A stretch of 64,000 nucleotides of DNA from Candidatus Buchananbacteria bacterium (GCA_013359225.1 JABWCG010000001.1:206362-270361); one strand, 5' to 3'. Positions 46,000 through 55,435 are shown, counted from the stretch's first letter. Notes: generated by a model not told the origin, from the sequence alone. Translations and numbers: made by a program.

Positions 46000-47031
46000 A
46001 TGTTTGAAACCATCCTCAAAAAATACGATTATCAAATCCCTAAAGATTTGATTGCTCAAAAACCTGTTACGCCACGCGATGCCGCGCGGCTTTTGGTGTA
46101 TGAAAAATTAACCAAAAAGATTGTTGACTCAACTTTTAAAAATTTAGCTGATTTTATTCCCACCAATGCAGTGCTTGTTTTTAATGAAACTAAAGTAATT
46201 CCAGCGCGAGTTGAAACTGTGAAAGCTAACGGCGTAAAGGTTATTGTTTCGTATGTTGAACGCAAGGGAAAATTAATTAAAGTGATGTTGAATAAAAATG
46301 TTAAGGTTGGCGACAAGCTTTTTTTGACTAGGAAAACTTATTTTACTGTTAAAAAAGTTGATGATAAATTTTTCTGGCTCAGTTGTTCGTTTGTGCTGTC
46401 TGGGCTGAATGATATTTTTGAAAAATATGGCCGAGCGCCGTTGCCGCCGTATATTGACGCGTCACCACTGAGCGTCAAACAGGCACGGGCAGAATACCAA
46501 ACGGTTTTTGCCAAAACACCCGGTTCCATTGCGGCGCCGACAGCGTCGCTTCATTTTACTAAATCCCTTCTGCGGAAGTTGAAAGCAAAAGGCGTTACGT
46601 TGCAGTATGTCACATTGCATGTCGGTTTGGGAACTTTTGCCTTGTTAACGGACGAAAATTTCAAGCGAAACAAACTCCACGAGGAGTGGTATTCAATCGA
46701 TCATCAGACTGCTAACATTTTAGCAAAAGCCAAAGCTCAAAATCGGCCGATTATCGCGGTTGGAACCACCGTGGTTCGCACCCTTGAATCAGCTTTTAAT
46801 CAACGTGGTAAAATTACTAAACCTAAGGGTTCTACGGCCCTGTTTATCCGCGAGGGCTACAAATTTAAGGTCGTTAATGCTTTGATTACCAATTTTCATG
46901 TGCCTAAGTCTAGCTTGTTAATGTTGGTCTGTGCCTTTGGTAAAAGATCAGAAATCTTAAAGCTATATCAGCACGCTATTAAGAAACGCTATCGGCTGTT
47001 TTCTTTTGGTGACGGTATGCTGATCAAATAA
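46000..47031 (+). CDS. queA: S-adenosylmethionine:tRNA ribosyltransferase-isomerase.
   Basis: 'YDYQIPKDLIAQKP' and 'PLPPYI' are QueA hallmarks. Confidence 0.9.
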   Translation: MFETILKKYDYQIPKDLIAQKPVTPRDAARLLVYEKLTKKIVDSTFKNLADFIPTNAVLVFNETKVIPARVETVKANGVKVIVSYVERKGKLIKVMLNKNVKVGDKLFLTRKTYFTVKKVDDKFFWLSCSFVLSGLNDIFEKYGRAPLPPYIDASPLSVKQARAEYQTVFAKTPGSIAAPTASLHFTKSLLRKLKAKGVTLQYVTLHVGLGTFALLTDENFKRNKLHEEWYSIDHQTANILAKAKAQNRPIIAVGTTVVRTLESAFNQRGKITKPKGSTALFIREGYKFKVVNALITNFHVPKSSLLMLVCAFGKRSEILKLYQHAIKKRYRLFSFGDGMLIK

Positions 47032-47035
47032 ATTT

Positions 47036-47671
47036 ATGAACGAAATTGAAAAATTAGCCAAAATTATTTGGGATTATCATCACCTGCACCAGCCGTTGGC
47101 AAAAGCCGACGCCATTTTGGCTTTGGGCAGCCATGACATCCGTGTTGCTGAATATGCGGCTGATTTATTTTTGAAAAATTATGCGCCAACTATGATTTTT
47201 AGCGGTGGGTTGGGAAAGTTGACAAAAGATTGGACCAAAACCGAAGCGGAAATTTTTTCTGACGTTGCCATTCAAAAAGGGGTACCAGCTAAAGAGGTGT
47301 TATTGGAAACAAAATCAAGCAACACCGGCGAAAATATTCTATTTACTAAACAGTTGTTGGAAAATAAAAATTTAAAATTTAAAAAAATCATTGTCGTTCA
47401 TAAACCGTATATGGAGCGCCGGACATATGCCACTTTCAAAAAGGTCTGGCCCGACCAAGAAATCATCGTGTCATCACCAGATATTAGCTTTGAAAACTAC
47501 TTAGATCACGCCCGAAGCCGGCAGGAAACTATCAGCGTAATGGTCCGTGATTTGGAAAAAATCAAAACCTATGCCGAACTTGGCTTTCAGATTGAACAAG
47601 AAATTCCCAAAGAGGTTTGGGCGGCGTATGTTGCCCTAGTCGAAAGCGGCTGGATCATCAATCTTGGCTAA
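47036..47671 (+). CDS. DUF218/YdcF-family protein.
   Basis: 'AILALGSHDIRVAEYAADL...SGG' matches the family. Confidence 0.6.
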   Translation: MNEIEKLAKIIWDYHHLHQPLAKADAILALGSHDIRVAEYAADLFLKNYAPTMIFSGGLGKLTKDWTKTEAEIFSDVAIQKGVPAKEVLLETKSSNTGENILFTKQLLENKNLKFKKIIVVHKPYMERRTYATFKKVWPDQEIIVSSPDISFENYLDHARSRQETISVMVRDLEKIKTYAELGFQIEQEIPKEVWAAYVALVESGWIINLG

Positions 47672-47997
47672 AAATGTGCAAATACCTGGTTTTGTGGTAT
47701 AATCAAAATATGAAGCAGGGAGGTTTAAAACAAGATCAGGTTTTCACCAACACCATTGTTCTTGGCGTTGCTATTTTTTTCATGGTTGCCGGTTTTTTCA
47801 CCGCTGATTTCACCTCTGAAGCTTTTTATATTACTGCCATCCTTATTCTCTTTATTTTTTTCCTCAGTAAAGCCAAAACGGAGACTGTTTTAGACAAAAA
47901 AGGCGATATTCCGCTCAGGCTGATGAAGATAACGTTGCTGTTACTAGGCTTGGTTTTCATCGCCGCCGTCGTGTTTTTGGCAATTGTTATCAAATAA
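47617..47997 (+). CDS. Small membrane protein. The 5' end is uncertain.
   Basis: Two to three transmembrane helices are predicted. It overlaps the upstream gene and likely starts at an internal Met. Confidence 0.35.
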   Translation: MGGVCCPSRKRLDHQSWLKMCKYLVLWYNQNMKQGGLKQDQVFTNTIVLGVAIFFMVAGFFTADFTSEAFYITAILILFIFFLSKAKTETVLDKKGDIPLRLMKITLLLLGLVFIAAVVFLAIVIK

Positions 47998-48056
47998 TAT
48001 CAATTGAATAAAAAACTCTTGAATTCATTAATGACCGCACCGATTGGTGTAGGTTT

Positions 48057-49835
48057 TTGCTTCTTTTATTTTTTATGATTAAAACAAACACGAAAAAAAC
48101 TTTTAGATACTATTTTAAAGCCGCCCGAAACCATGTCGCGCTCGGGCTGGTTATGTTTGGTTCAATTATCGCTGCCCGGGTGATTGATCTGATTACGCCG
48201 CTTTATTTGCGGGACTTTTTTAACGTCTTGTCGGGCAGTAGTCCGACTGAGGCCGTGGTTAAAACTCTGATTGATATTTTGATTATTATTTCGGTTTTGA
48301 AGTTTGTGGAATGGCTGATTTGGCGTGTTGCCAATCATGCCGACAGTACCTTTACTTCACGGGTAGCGTTTGATTTAGGTAACATGTGTTTTGCCTATTT
48401 GCATAAGCACTCTTTTGCGTATTTCAATAATAATTTTGTCGGCTCAATGGTGAAGCGCGTCAAGTGGTTTGTCAAAGCTTTTGAAACAATTACCGACCGG
48501 TTCGCCTGGAGCCTATTCCCGCTGTTTGTTGATATTGCAGTGATTTCCGGCGTGTTGTTTTATACCAATTTTTGGCTTGGTTTCGGGGTTTTTGCCTGGA
48601 CGGTGCTTTTTTTGGCCATCAACTGGGCGTTTACTAAATATAAATTGAAATACGACATTGCCCGAAGCGAGGCGGAAACAGTAACAACCAGGGTGTTAGC
48701 CGATACGATTACTAATAGCGCCAACGTGAAACTGTTTAATGGTTACCAGCGCGAGGTCAAGCTTTTCTCGCAGGTGCTTAAGGATTTCACCGATAAACGC
48801 CTCTGGGCGTGGACGCTGGGTAATATTATTGAGGCGGTGCAGGGCTTTTTGATGACCATATTGGAAGTTGGCATTATGTTTTTGGCGGTGTGGTTGTGGC
48901 AGCAGGGCAAGATTACGATTGGCGACTTTATCTTAATCCAGACCTATTTGATTTCAATTTTCATGCGAACCTGGGAGTTTGGCCGGGTAGTGCGAACGAT
49001 CTATGAAAACTTGGCAGACGCCGAAGAAATGACGGTGGTGCTAGAAACGCCGCACGAAATTATAGACGTGCCCGGCGCTAAAAAAATCAAGATTAATCGC
49101 GGTGAAATTAAGTTTCAGAATGTCAGTTTCAATTACCACGAAACCCGAAAATTGCTGGTGAAATTAAACCTTACTGTTGCACCCGGCGAGCGTCTGGCGT
49201 TAGTTGGGCCGTCTGGTGCGGGCAAAACAACTATCACCAAATTATTGTTGCGGATGCATGACTTAACCGGCGGTGTTATCACGATTGATGGCCAGGACAT
49301 TTCCAAGGTTACCCAGGAAAGTTTATGGGCAAATGTTAGTTTGGTGCCGCAAGAACCCGTGTTATTTCATCGGACGTTAATGGAAAATATCCGATATGGC
49401 AAACCAAACGCCACGGATAAAGAAGTTATGGCTTCAGCCAAAGCGGCCAACTGTCATGATTTTATCACCCGGTTTCCGGATGGTTACAATACGTATGTTG
49501 GCGAGCGGGGAGTAAAGCTTTCCGGCGGCGAACGCCAGCGCGTAGCAATCGCCCGGGCGATTTTGCGTAATGCGCCAATTTTAGTCTTAGATGAGGCAAC
49601 TTCAAGTCTGGATTCAGCATCAGAACGCTTGATTCAAGAAGCACTTGATAAGCTGATGAAAGACAAGACGGTCATTGTAATTGCACACCGGCTTTCAACG
49701 ATTCGCAAAATGGATCGCGTGATTGTTATGGACCGTAAAGGTATTGTGGAAGAGGGAACTCACGATGAATTAACCGCCAAAAAAGACGGGCTTTATCAAA
49801 AATTGTGGCAACTTCAGGCCGGGGGGTTTATCTAA
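48057..49835 (+). CDS. ABC exporter with a fused transmembrane domain and ATPase (MsbA-like).
   Basis: A six-helix transmembrane domain is followed by 'GPSGAGKTT', 'LSGGERQR' and 'LVLDEATS'. A terminator at 49863-49910 follows. Confidence 0.85.
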   Translation: MLLLFFMIKTNTKKTFRYYFKAARNHVALGLVMFGSIIAARVIDLITPLYLRDFFNVLSGSSPTEAVVKTLIDILIIISVLKFVEWLIWRVANHADSTFTSRVAFDLGNMCFAYLHKHSFAYFNNNFVGSMVKRVKWFVKAFETITDRFAWSLFPLFVDIAVISGVLFYTNFWLGFGVFAWTVLFLAINWAFTKYKLKYDIARSEAETVTTRVLADTITNSANVKLFNGYQREVKLFSQVLKDFTDKRLWAWTLGNIIEAVQGFLMTILEVGIMFLAVWLWQQGKITIGDFILIQTYLISIFMRTWEFGRVVRTIYENLADAEEMTVVLETPHEIIDVPGAKKIKINRGEIKFQNVSFNYHETRKLLVKLNLTVAPGERLALVGPSGAGKTTITKLLLRMHDLTGGVITIDGQDISKVTQESLWANVSLVPQEPVLFHRTLMENIRYGKPNATDKEVMASAKAANCHDFITRFPDGYNTYVGERGVKLSGGERQRVAIARAILRNAPILVLDEATSSLDSASERLIQEALDKLMKDKTVIVIAHRLSTIRKMDRVIVMDRKGIVEEGTHDELTAKKDGLYQKLWQLQAGGFI

Positions 49836-50063
49836 CTTAAAAATTTTGTTATAATTTAGTTAATGAGAAAACGCCTTCTCAATTGTTTGCGTTTTCTTTT
49901 TATTTTATCTAATTTGAGCCAAATTTTGCTTCACGTGAAACAAAAGATTTTGTGTGATATTTTTAATTAACTATTTTTCTCATAAATCTAGTCTTGAATA
50001 AATTTCTGCCAGTAACTTTTGGTGAAATCTCAAAAAACATCATTTTTTATCTAAATTAAGCTA

Positions 50064-50109
50064 AAATATAGTCATTAAAATTGACTATATTTTATTTTTA
50101 TGGTATAAT
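50064..50109 (+). promoter_or_regulatory. Promoter with a palindromic operator for the GC-rich 156-aa gene.
   Basis: A perfect 11-bp inverted repeat AAATATAGTCA-N7-TGACTATATTT (50064-50092) overlaps the -35 TTGACT (50081-50086). After a 17-nt spacer comes the extended -10 TGgTATAAT (50101-50109). Confidence 0.5.
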
Positions 50110-50212
50110 AATAGTTATGAAGTCTGCAGAAGGGAAAAATCCCTTTTGGCCCTGATATTTCGGGGTAATTTCACAGACTTTACGCTCGTGTTCCAACTTA
50201 TGGAGGCAGGAC

Positions 50213-50683
50213 ATGTTTTTCAGGGTCAATCTGGCAACGTTGGAGGTGGAACGGTTGAATGTTCGTAACCTCTCGGAAGTTCCGGGGGTTAAGAGCAACG
50301 GCCAGCACTACCAGCTCGAAGGTTTCGCCCTCGTTGAGGTGCGAACCCCAAGCTGCGAGATGCTGCTGTTTCATCCGGAAACCCAGTCCAGCAGCGGTCA
50401 CATCGACGTGACCTATCGGCCGCAGCGGCACGACGGTGCCTACGGGGTGGACATGCAGATGTACACTCATGGCTGCGAATTGGACTTCGCCAACGACCAC
50501 TCCTTCCAGTATCACTGGCCGTCGGGTCAGTGGCATCTCTTGATGGCGATCGACGCCATCGAGCAGTTCCTGAAGCAGGAAATCGGCTACACGCCGCACC
50601 TGCGCGAGTACATCGGCCACACCTTCCGGCCCACCCCGCCCAAGCTCGCGAACCTTGAGCCTGGTGAATCGGCCGCCGCCTAA
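50213..50683 (+). CDS. GC-rich (foreign-composition) hypothetical protein of 156 aa.
   Basis: A GGAGG RBS sits 6 nt upstream of the ATG. A strong terminator follows. The sampled line 50401-50460 is about 65% GC. No motif was recognised. Confidence 0.6.
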   Translation: MFFRVNLATLEVERLNVRNLSEVPGVKSNGQHYQLEGFALVEVRTPSCEMLLFHPETQSSSGHIDVTYRPQRHDGAYGVDMQMYTHGCELDFANDHSFQYHWPSGQWHLLMAIDAIEQFLKQEIGYTPHLREYIGHTFRPTPPKLANLEPGESAAA

Positions 50684-50707
50684 TCTAGGCACGGCGGCAA
50701 GCCCCAC

Positions 50708-50752
50708 GAAGCGCTCGTCTCACTCCCAGAGATCGAGCGCTTCTTTCTTTTG
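50708..50752 (+). terminator. Rho-independent terminator.
   Basis: A perfect 10-bp stem GAAGCGCTCG/CGAGCGCTTC has a 16-nt loop and is followed by TTTCTTTT. Confidence 0.85.
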
Positions 50753-50816
50753 GTTTTATTTACAAATTAGAAAAAAAGTGCCATACTTAAACTAGAAAAA
50801 TTAACCTAATTATCAG

Positions 50817-52505
50817 ATGAAAATACTCAAATCAAAGCTATTTTGGTTAGCTCTTGTTGTCGTTATCGCCGTCGGCGGTTTTGTTTTTGTAAAACTTGGC
50901 AGTCAAAAGCCAACTGTGGAATACCAGACTGAAGAAGTTAAACAGGGTCTTTTGGTACAGACCGTTTCTGCGACCGGACAGGTTAAGTCGGCACAAGATA
51001 TTGAACTTAACTTTAAAAATACCGGCCGGCTGAGTGTTTTAAATGTTAAAACCGGAGATAAAGTCACCAAAGATCAGGTCTTGGCTCAGCTGCGTTCAAC
51101 GGATTTGGCGATTAATGTCAGCAAGGCGCGTGCCAGTCTTGACGAGGCGGTCGCAAACTTAAATCGCGTTAAAGCCGGCGCTACTACTGAAGACATTGCC
51201 GTTTATGAAGCGGCGGTAAAAAAAGCGGAAACTGATTATTATAATGCCCAGACTGAGCTTGAGAGTACTAAGGAAACCTATAGTCAGGCTTCAGAAAATG
51301 AACGTCAGAGCGCTTTAGTGGATATTAGTGGTGCGCTGACCAAGGCTAATATTTCGCTGCAAAAGGTTTATGACACCTTGAACTACAAAGGTAACGCGAA
51401 CAATTTTAACACTTCAAATTTCACGTTCCATCAGCAGGTCCAAAACGAATACACCAATTCAGTTTCGGCGGTTGATGAGGCGGAACTAGCATATGGAACC
51501 GCAAAACTTGATGCTACACCCGAAAAAGTGAACGAAGCTGTTCAGAAAGTATTGGCGGCGCTAACCGACACATTGGCCACTGTTAGCGATTTATCAAGTT
51601 TGCTTGATGATGTAATTACCAACAGTAATTTGACTCAAACAGAACTTGATGCCTTAAAAACAACCATTAATACCGAGCGGACAACTACCAACGCCAGCCT
51701 GAGCACTATTCAAAGCGCCAATCAGGATTTGATTGATGCCAGCCTTAATTACCAGACTAAGGTTCAGACGGCGGAAAATAACGTCAGCACCACTCAAAAA
51801 ACATTAGCGAAGGCTGAGGCTGACTTAGCTTTGCGCAAAGCGCCGGCCCGTCCGGAAGACGTGGCGCTGTATCAGGCACAGGTTAACCGCGCCCGAGCCG
51901 ATCTCCAATTGGCTCAGGAGCGATATGATGAAACAATTATCAAGGCTCCGATTGACGGCGTAGTTACCGATGTGAACTATAGTATCGGTGAGCAGACCAG
52001 CCTGAGTGAACCGGTGATCATGATGTTAGCGGCGGAGAATTATCAGATTGAAGTTGATATTCCTGAATCAGATATCGTGAAGATTAATGTCGGCGACGAT
52101 GCTAATATTACGTTAGATGCTTTTAGTTTTGAAGAAATTTTTAACGGCACGGTCACTACAATCAACCCAGCCCAAACAGAAATCCAGGATGTAATTTATT
52201 ACCGGGTAACTGTAACATTTACCGATAGCCAGCCAGAAAACGTTGCTGCTTTAATGGAAAAGATTAAGCCTGGTATGACCGCTAACATTGATATTAACAC
52301 CGACCGACGACAAGATGTTGTTATTGCACCGCAGCGTGCTATTAAGGATGACGCCGGCGTTAAATATGCTGAAATTTTAGAGGCCGGCGTGCCAAAGCGT
52401 GTTGAGGTAACACTCGGCGTTCGCGGCGATGACGGCCTGATCGAAGTTATTAGCGGGTTGATGCCTGGTCAACAGGTTATCACGTTTGTTCGCAACGGCA
52501 AGTAA
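50817..52505 (+). CDS. HlyD/MacA-like efflux periplasmic adaptor with a long coiled coil.
   Basis: An N-terminal transmembrane anchor, a biotinyl/lipoyl-like 'VKTGDKVTKDQVLAQL' and a very long central coiled coil are present. Confidence 0.7.
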   Translation: MKILKSKLFWLALVVVIAVGGFVFVKLGSQKPTVEYQTEEVKQGLLVQTVSATGQVKSAQDIELNFKNTGRLSVLNVKTGDKVTKDQVLAQLRSTDLAINVSKARASLDEAVANLNRVKAGATTEDIAVYEAAVKKAETDYYNAQTELESTKETYSQASENERQSALVDISGALTKANISLQKVYDTLNYKGNANNFNTSNFTFHQQVQNEYTNSVSAVDEAELAYGTAKLDATPEKVNEAVQKVLAALTDTLATVSDLSSLLDDVITNSNLTQTELDALKTTINTERTTTNASLSTIQSANQDLIDASLNYQTKVQTAENNVSTTQKTLAKAEADLALRKAPARPEDVALYQAQVNRARADLQLAQERYDETIIKAPIDGVVTDVNYSIGEQTSLSEPVIMMLAAENYQIEVDIPESDIVKINVGDDANITLDAFSFEEIFNGTVTTINPAQTEIQDVIYYRVTVTFTDSQPENVAALMEKIKPGMTANIDINTDRRQDVVIAPQRAIKDDAGVKYAEILEAGVPKRVEVTLGVRGDDGLIEVISGLMPGQQVITFVRNGK

Positions 52506-52518
52506 CAAATAAGCCGGT

Positions 52519-53628
52519 ATGGTCTTAAAAAGATTCTCAGGAATTTTAAAGAATTTCGATTGGGTATTGTTTGGTGCTTGCGTGTTGCTGATTTGTTTCG
52601 GCTTGGCGGCTATTTACAGTATCGCGATCAGTTCGGACGAACCAAACTGGGTTAATTTTCAAAAACAAATTGTGTTCGCTGTTATTGGCATTTCACTGAT
52701 TTTTGTAATCAGTTTTTTTGATTATCGTCTTTGGCGCGATTTTAGTTATTTTTTATACGCTGGCGTGATTATTCTGTTGCTGCTGGTGTTATTTTTTGGT
52801 GTCACGGTCAGCGGTACCACGGGGTGGTTTTCGGTGCTGGGTGTTAATTTCCAGCCGGTTGAGTTGGCTAAAGTCGTATTAATCATTTTTTTGGCCTGGT
52901 TTTTTTCCACGCGCGGTTCGGATGTCCGGCAGTTTAAAAATTTTTTGATCAGCGCCGGAGCGACTGGATTATTTTTTATGCTGGTGATGTTGCAGCCGGA
53001 TTTTGGATCTGGAATAATTTTGATTTTTATCTGGATGTTTATGCTGTTTTTTTCAAAAGTGAATAAAAAGCATCTGATTACAACCGGAGTATTATTTGGC
53101 GTGATGGCAGTGGTCGCTTGGTTTTTTGTTTTCCAGCCTTATCAGAAAGATCGTATTCTTTCGTTTTTTGATCCTCAGGCTGATCCATATGGCCGAGGGT
53201 ACCACGTGCGCCAGGCCGTCACCGCCGTTGGCGCCGGGCAGTTTTTTGGCCGGGGTTTGGGGTTTGGTTCACAAAGCCAGTTAAAGTTTATTCCGGCCAG
53301 CGAAACAGACTTTATTTTTGCGGTGATCGCCGAAGAGCTTGGATTTTTAGGAGTGGGGTTAATTTTATTTTTTTGGTCAATTATTTTTTATCGGTTGATT
53401 CGGGCTGCGAAATTAATTTCCGCTAAAGATGACTTTGGTGCCTTTTTTATTCTGGGGGTTTCCGCGCTATTTTTTGTCCAAATCATGATTAACATCGGCA
53501 TGAATATCGGTCTGGTTCCGGTAACTGGTATTTCGCTGCCGTTTTTAAGCTACGGCGGCAGTTTTCTAGTTATCAGTCTAGTGTTGATTGGCATGGTTGA
53601 AAGTATGATTGTTAGAAACGAAATCTAA
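52519..53628 (+). CDS. SEDS-family peptidoglycan polymerase (FtsW/RodA).
   Basis: A ten-helix protein carries the SEDS motif 'PASETDFIFAVIAEELGFLG'. Confidence 0.85.
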   Translation: MVLKRFSGILKNFDWVLFGACVLLICFGLAAIYSIAISSDEPNWVNFQKQIVFAVIGISLIFVISFFDYRLWRDFSYFLYAGVIILLLLVLFFGVTVSGTTGWFSVLGVNFQPVELAKVVLIIFLAWFFSTRGSDVRQFKNFLISAGATGLFFMLVMLQPDFGSGIILIFIWMFMLFFSKVNKKHLITTGVLFGVMAVVAWFFVFQPYQKDRILSFFDPQADPYGRGYHVRQAVTAVGAGQFFGRGLGFGSQSQLKFIPASETDFIFAVIAEELGFLGVGLILFFWSIIFYRLIRAAKLISAKDDFGAFFILGVSALFFVQIMINIGMNIGLVPVTGISLPFLSYGGSFLVISLVLIGMVESMIVRNEI

Positions 53629-54134
53629 TGAAGCTATTGGCAACATTAAATCTTGACCAGGTTTCGGAAAAAGTTTTTGCTAATTACCAAACGCGCCGAG
53701 CTGTCCGCGCCATCGTTTTTGACGAGCAGGGAAATTTAGCATTATTAGACGTAACGAAACTGCACTATCACAAACTGCCTGGCGGTGGCGTTGAAAAAGA
53801 TGAAACTGATCTGGAGGCTTTGGCCCGAGAATGCCGGGAAGAAATTGGCTGTGATATTAAGGTGATTTCGGACGTCGGCCGCATTGTTGAAATCCGTAAA
53901 AAGTTTAAATTAAAGCAGGAATCAATCTGCTATTTGGCTAAGGTGGATGGACCAAAGCGCCAGCCCGCATTTACCGCTAAGGAACGCCGTGACGGTTTTG
54001 CCGTTTTGTGGTGCAGTCCGACCTCGGCGTTAAGCATATTGGCGGCCGACCGAATAATGGATTACCACGGACAAAACGTTAATAAGCGGGATTCACTGTT
54101 TCTTAAAACGGCATTAGACTTGACTAAACCATAA
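53628..54134 (+). CDS. NUDIX hydrolase.
   Basis: The Nudix box 'GGGVEKDETDLEALARECREEIG' is present. Confidence 0.75.
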   Translation: MKLLATLNLDQVSEKVFANYQTRRAVRAIVFDEQGNLALLDVTKLHYHKLPGGGVEKDETDLEALARECREEIGCDIKVISDVGRIVEIRKKFKLKQESICYLAKVDGPKRQPAFTAKERRDGFAVLWCSPTSALSILAADRIMDYHGQNVNKRDSLFLKTALDLTKP

Positions 54135-54140
54135 TTTTAG
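54117..54140 (+). repeat. Direct repeat, copy 1 (24 nt exact; 27 of 28 nt with flank).
   Basis: GACTTGACTAAACCATAATTTTAG overlaps the NUDIX stop codon. It is identical to 55412-55435. Confidence 0.85.
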
Positions 54141-54329
54141 ATTATTATAGAACAGCGCTACAGTAAGAGTATGCAGATAATAAATAAAGTTTTATTTAAC
54201 CACGCAATCATCTTAGAACTAACTGGCTTGTCCGAGCCAGGATTCTTAGTTTAGTAGTTAAATCGTTTTAAACAAGAACTGGCTCGCTGATAAAGCGGCC
54301 AGTTTTAATTTATATTAATTTATAATTAT

Positions 54330-54713
54330 ATGAATCGAAAAATTTATATCACCCGCCAAGATTACGAAAAATTAAATAAAATGCTTGACGAAAAGCTTAA
54401 GCTTGGTAATGAAAAATATATTTCAGCCTTAGCGGCTGAGTTAGCCAAGTGTGAAATAGTAGAACCGTCAGATATCTCTAGGGATGTGGTAATAATGAAT
54501 TCCCGGGTTTCTTTTAGAATATTGGATGATAATTCGGAGATGACTTATTCGTTGGTGTTTCCTGACGAGGCCGATATCAACAGCGGAAAAATATCAATCC
54601 TTTCGCCGATTGGTACTGCTTTAATTGGGTATGGCGTGGGGGATATTGTTGAATGGGAAGTGCCCTCAGGTATCGCGCGGATAAAAATTGAAGCAGTGGA
54701 ACATCAAAACTGA
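54330..54713 (+). CDS. GreA/GreB-family C-terminal-domain protein (Rnk-like regulator).
   Basis: 'ISILSPIGTALIGYGVGDIVEWEVPSGIARIKI' matches the Gre FKBP-like domain. Confidence 0.65.
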   Translation: MNRKIYITRQDYEKLNKMLDEKLKLGNEKYISALAAELAKCEIVEPSDISRDVVIMNSRVSFRILDDNSEMTYSLVFPDEADINSGKISILSPIGTALIGYGVGDIVEWEVPSGIARIKIEAVEHQN

Positions 54714-54739
54714 TATTTTAGAGAAATAATTAATCGTAT

Positions 54740-55390
54740 ATGTTCGACAAAAAAACAGTTGGTAAGATTATTCGTACTTTGATTATCTCCGATTTCTTTT
54801 TATTTTTTGCAGTTGGTTTATTGGCTCCCATATTCGCGGTGTATATTCTTGAGAATATTGAAAACAGATTAGAAGTTATCGGGTACGCCGTATCATGCTA
54901 CTGGATTACCAGGGTAATCATGGTGATTCCGTTAAGTCGGGTGATGGACAACATTAAGGGAGAATTTGATGAATATTTTTTTATGATTATCGGTACGTTT
55001 TTGATTTCAGCAATTCCGCTGTTTTATATTATTGCTTCCGCGCCCTGGCATATTTATGTGTTGCAAATTATAAATGGGTTTGCCCATTCAATGGCAGTAC
55101 CGGCTTGGCGCATAGTTTTTACCAATAATGTTGATAAAAGCATTGTTGGTTTTGAGTGGTCATTAGAGGATGTCGGGGTTGGGATTGCCACGGCATCAAG
55201 CGCCGCCATTGGCGCTATTGTGGCTGATCGTTTTGGTTTTAACGTGTTGTTTGGCTTAATATTTTTATTTGGAACGATTAGCTCTTTAATTCTTCTAACT
55301 CTTAATAAAAGCAAGCAATCAATTTTGCGAAGTTTCCTTGGCGGCCAGACTCATGATAAAGGACCTTTGAAAATTGACACTTTTAAATAA
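54740..55390 (+). CDS. Hypothetical membrane protein.
   Basis: Six transmembrane helices are predicted. Confidence 0.5.
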   Translation: MFDKKTVGKIIRTLIISDFFLFFAVGLLAPIFAVYILENIENRLEVIGYAVSCYWITRVIMVIPLSRVMDNIKGEFDEYFFMIIGTFLISAIPLFYIIASAPWHIYVLQIINGFAHSMAVPAWRIVFTNNVDKSIVGFEWSLEDVGVGIATASSAAIGAIVADRFGFNVLFGLIFLFGTISSLILLTLNKSKQSILRSFLGGQTHDKGPLKIDTFK

Positions 55391-55411
55391 TAGTAAAGAT
55401 ATTTTTAGTTG

Positions 55412-55435
55412 GACTTGACTAAACCATAATTTTAG
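55412..55435 (+). repeat. Direct repeat, copy 2.
   Basis: An intergenic copy identical to 54117-54140. Confidence 0.85.

Noticed and set aside
50117-50155. A 12-codon upstream mini-ORF (MKSAEGKNPFWP*) in the leader of the GC-rich 156-aa gene, as a leader peptide.
   Set aside because: It is too short and has no obvious RBS. It cannot be supported without conservation or ribosome-profiling data. It is noted inside the main finding only.
50198-50707. A 169-aa minus-strand ORF fully overlapping the GC-rich 156-aa gene.
   Set aside because: The RBS (GGAGG), promoter orientation and terminator polarity all support the plus strand. The antisense ORF is a GC-rich frame artefact.
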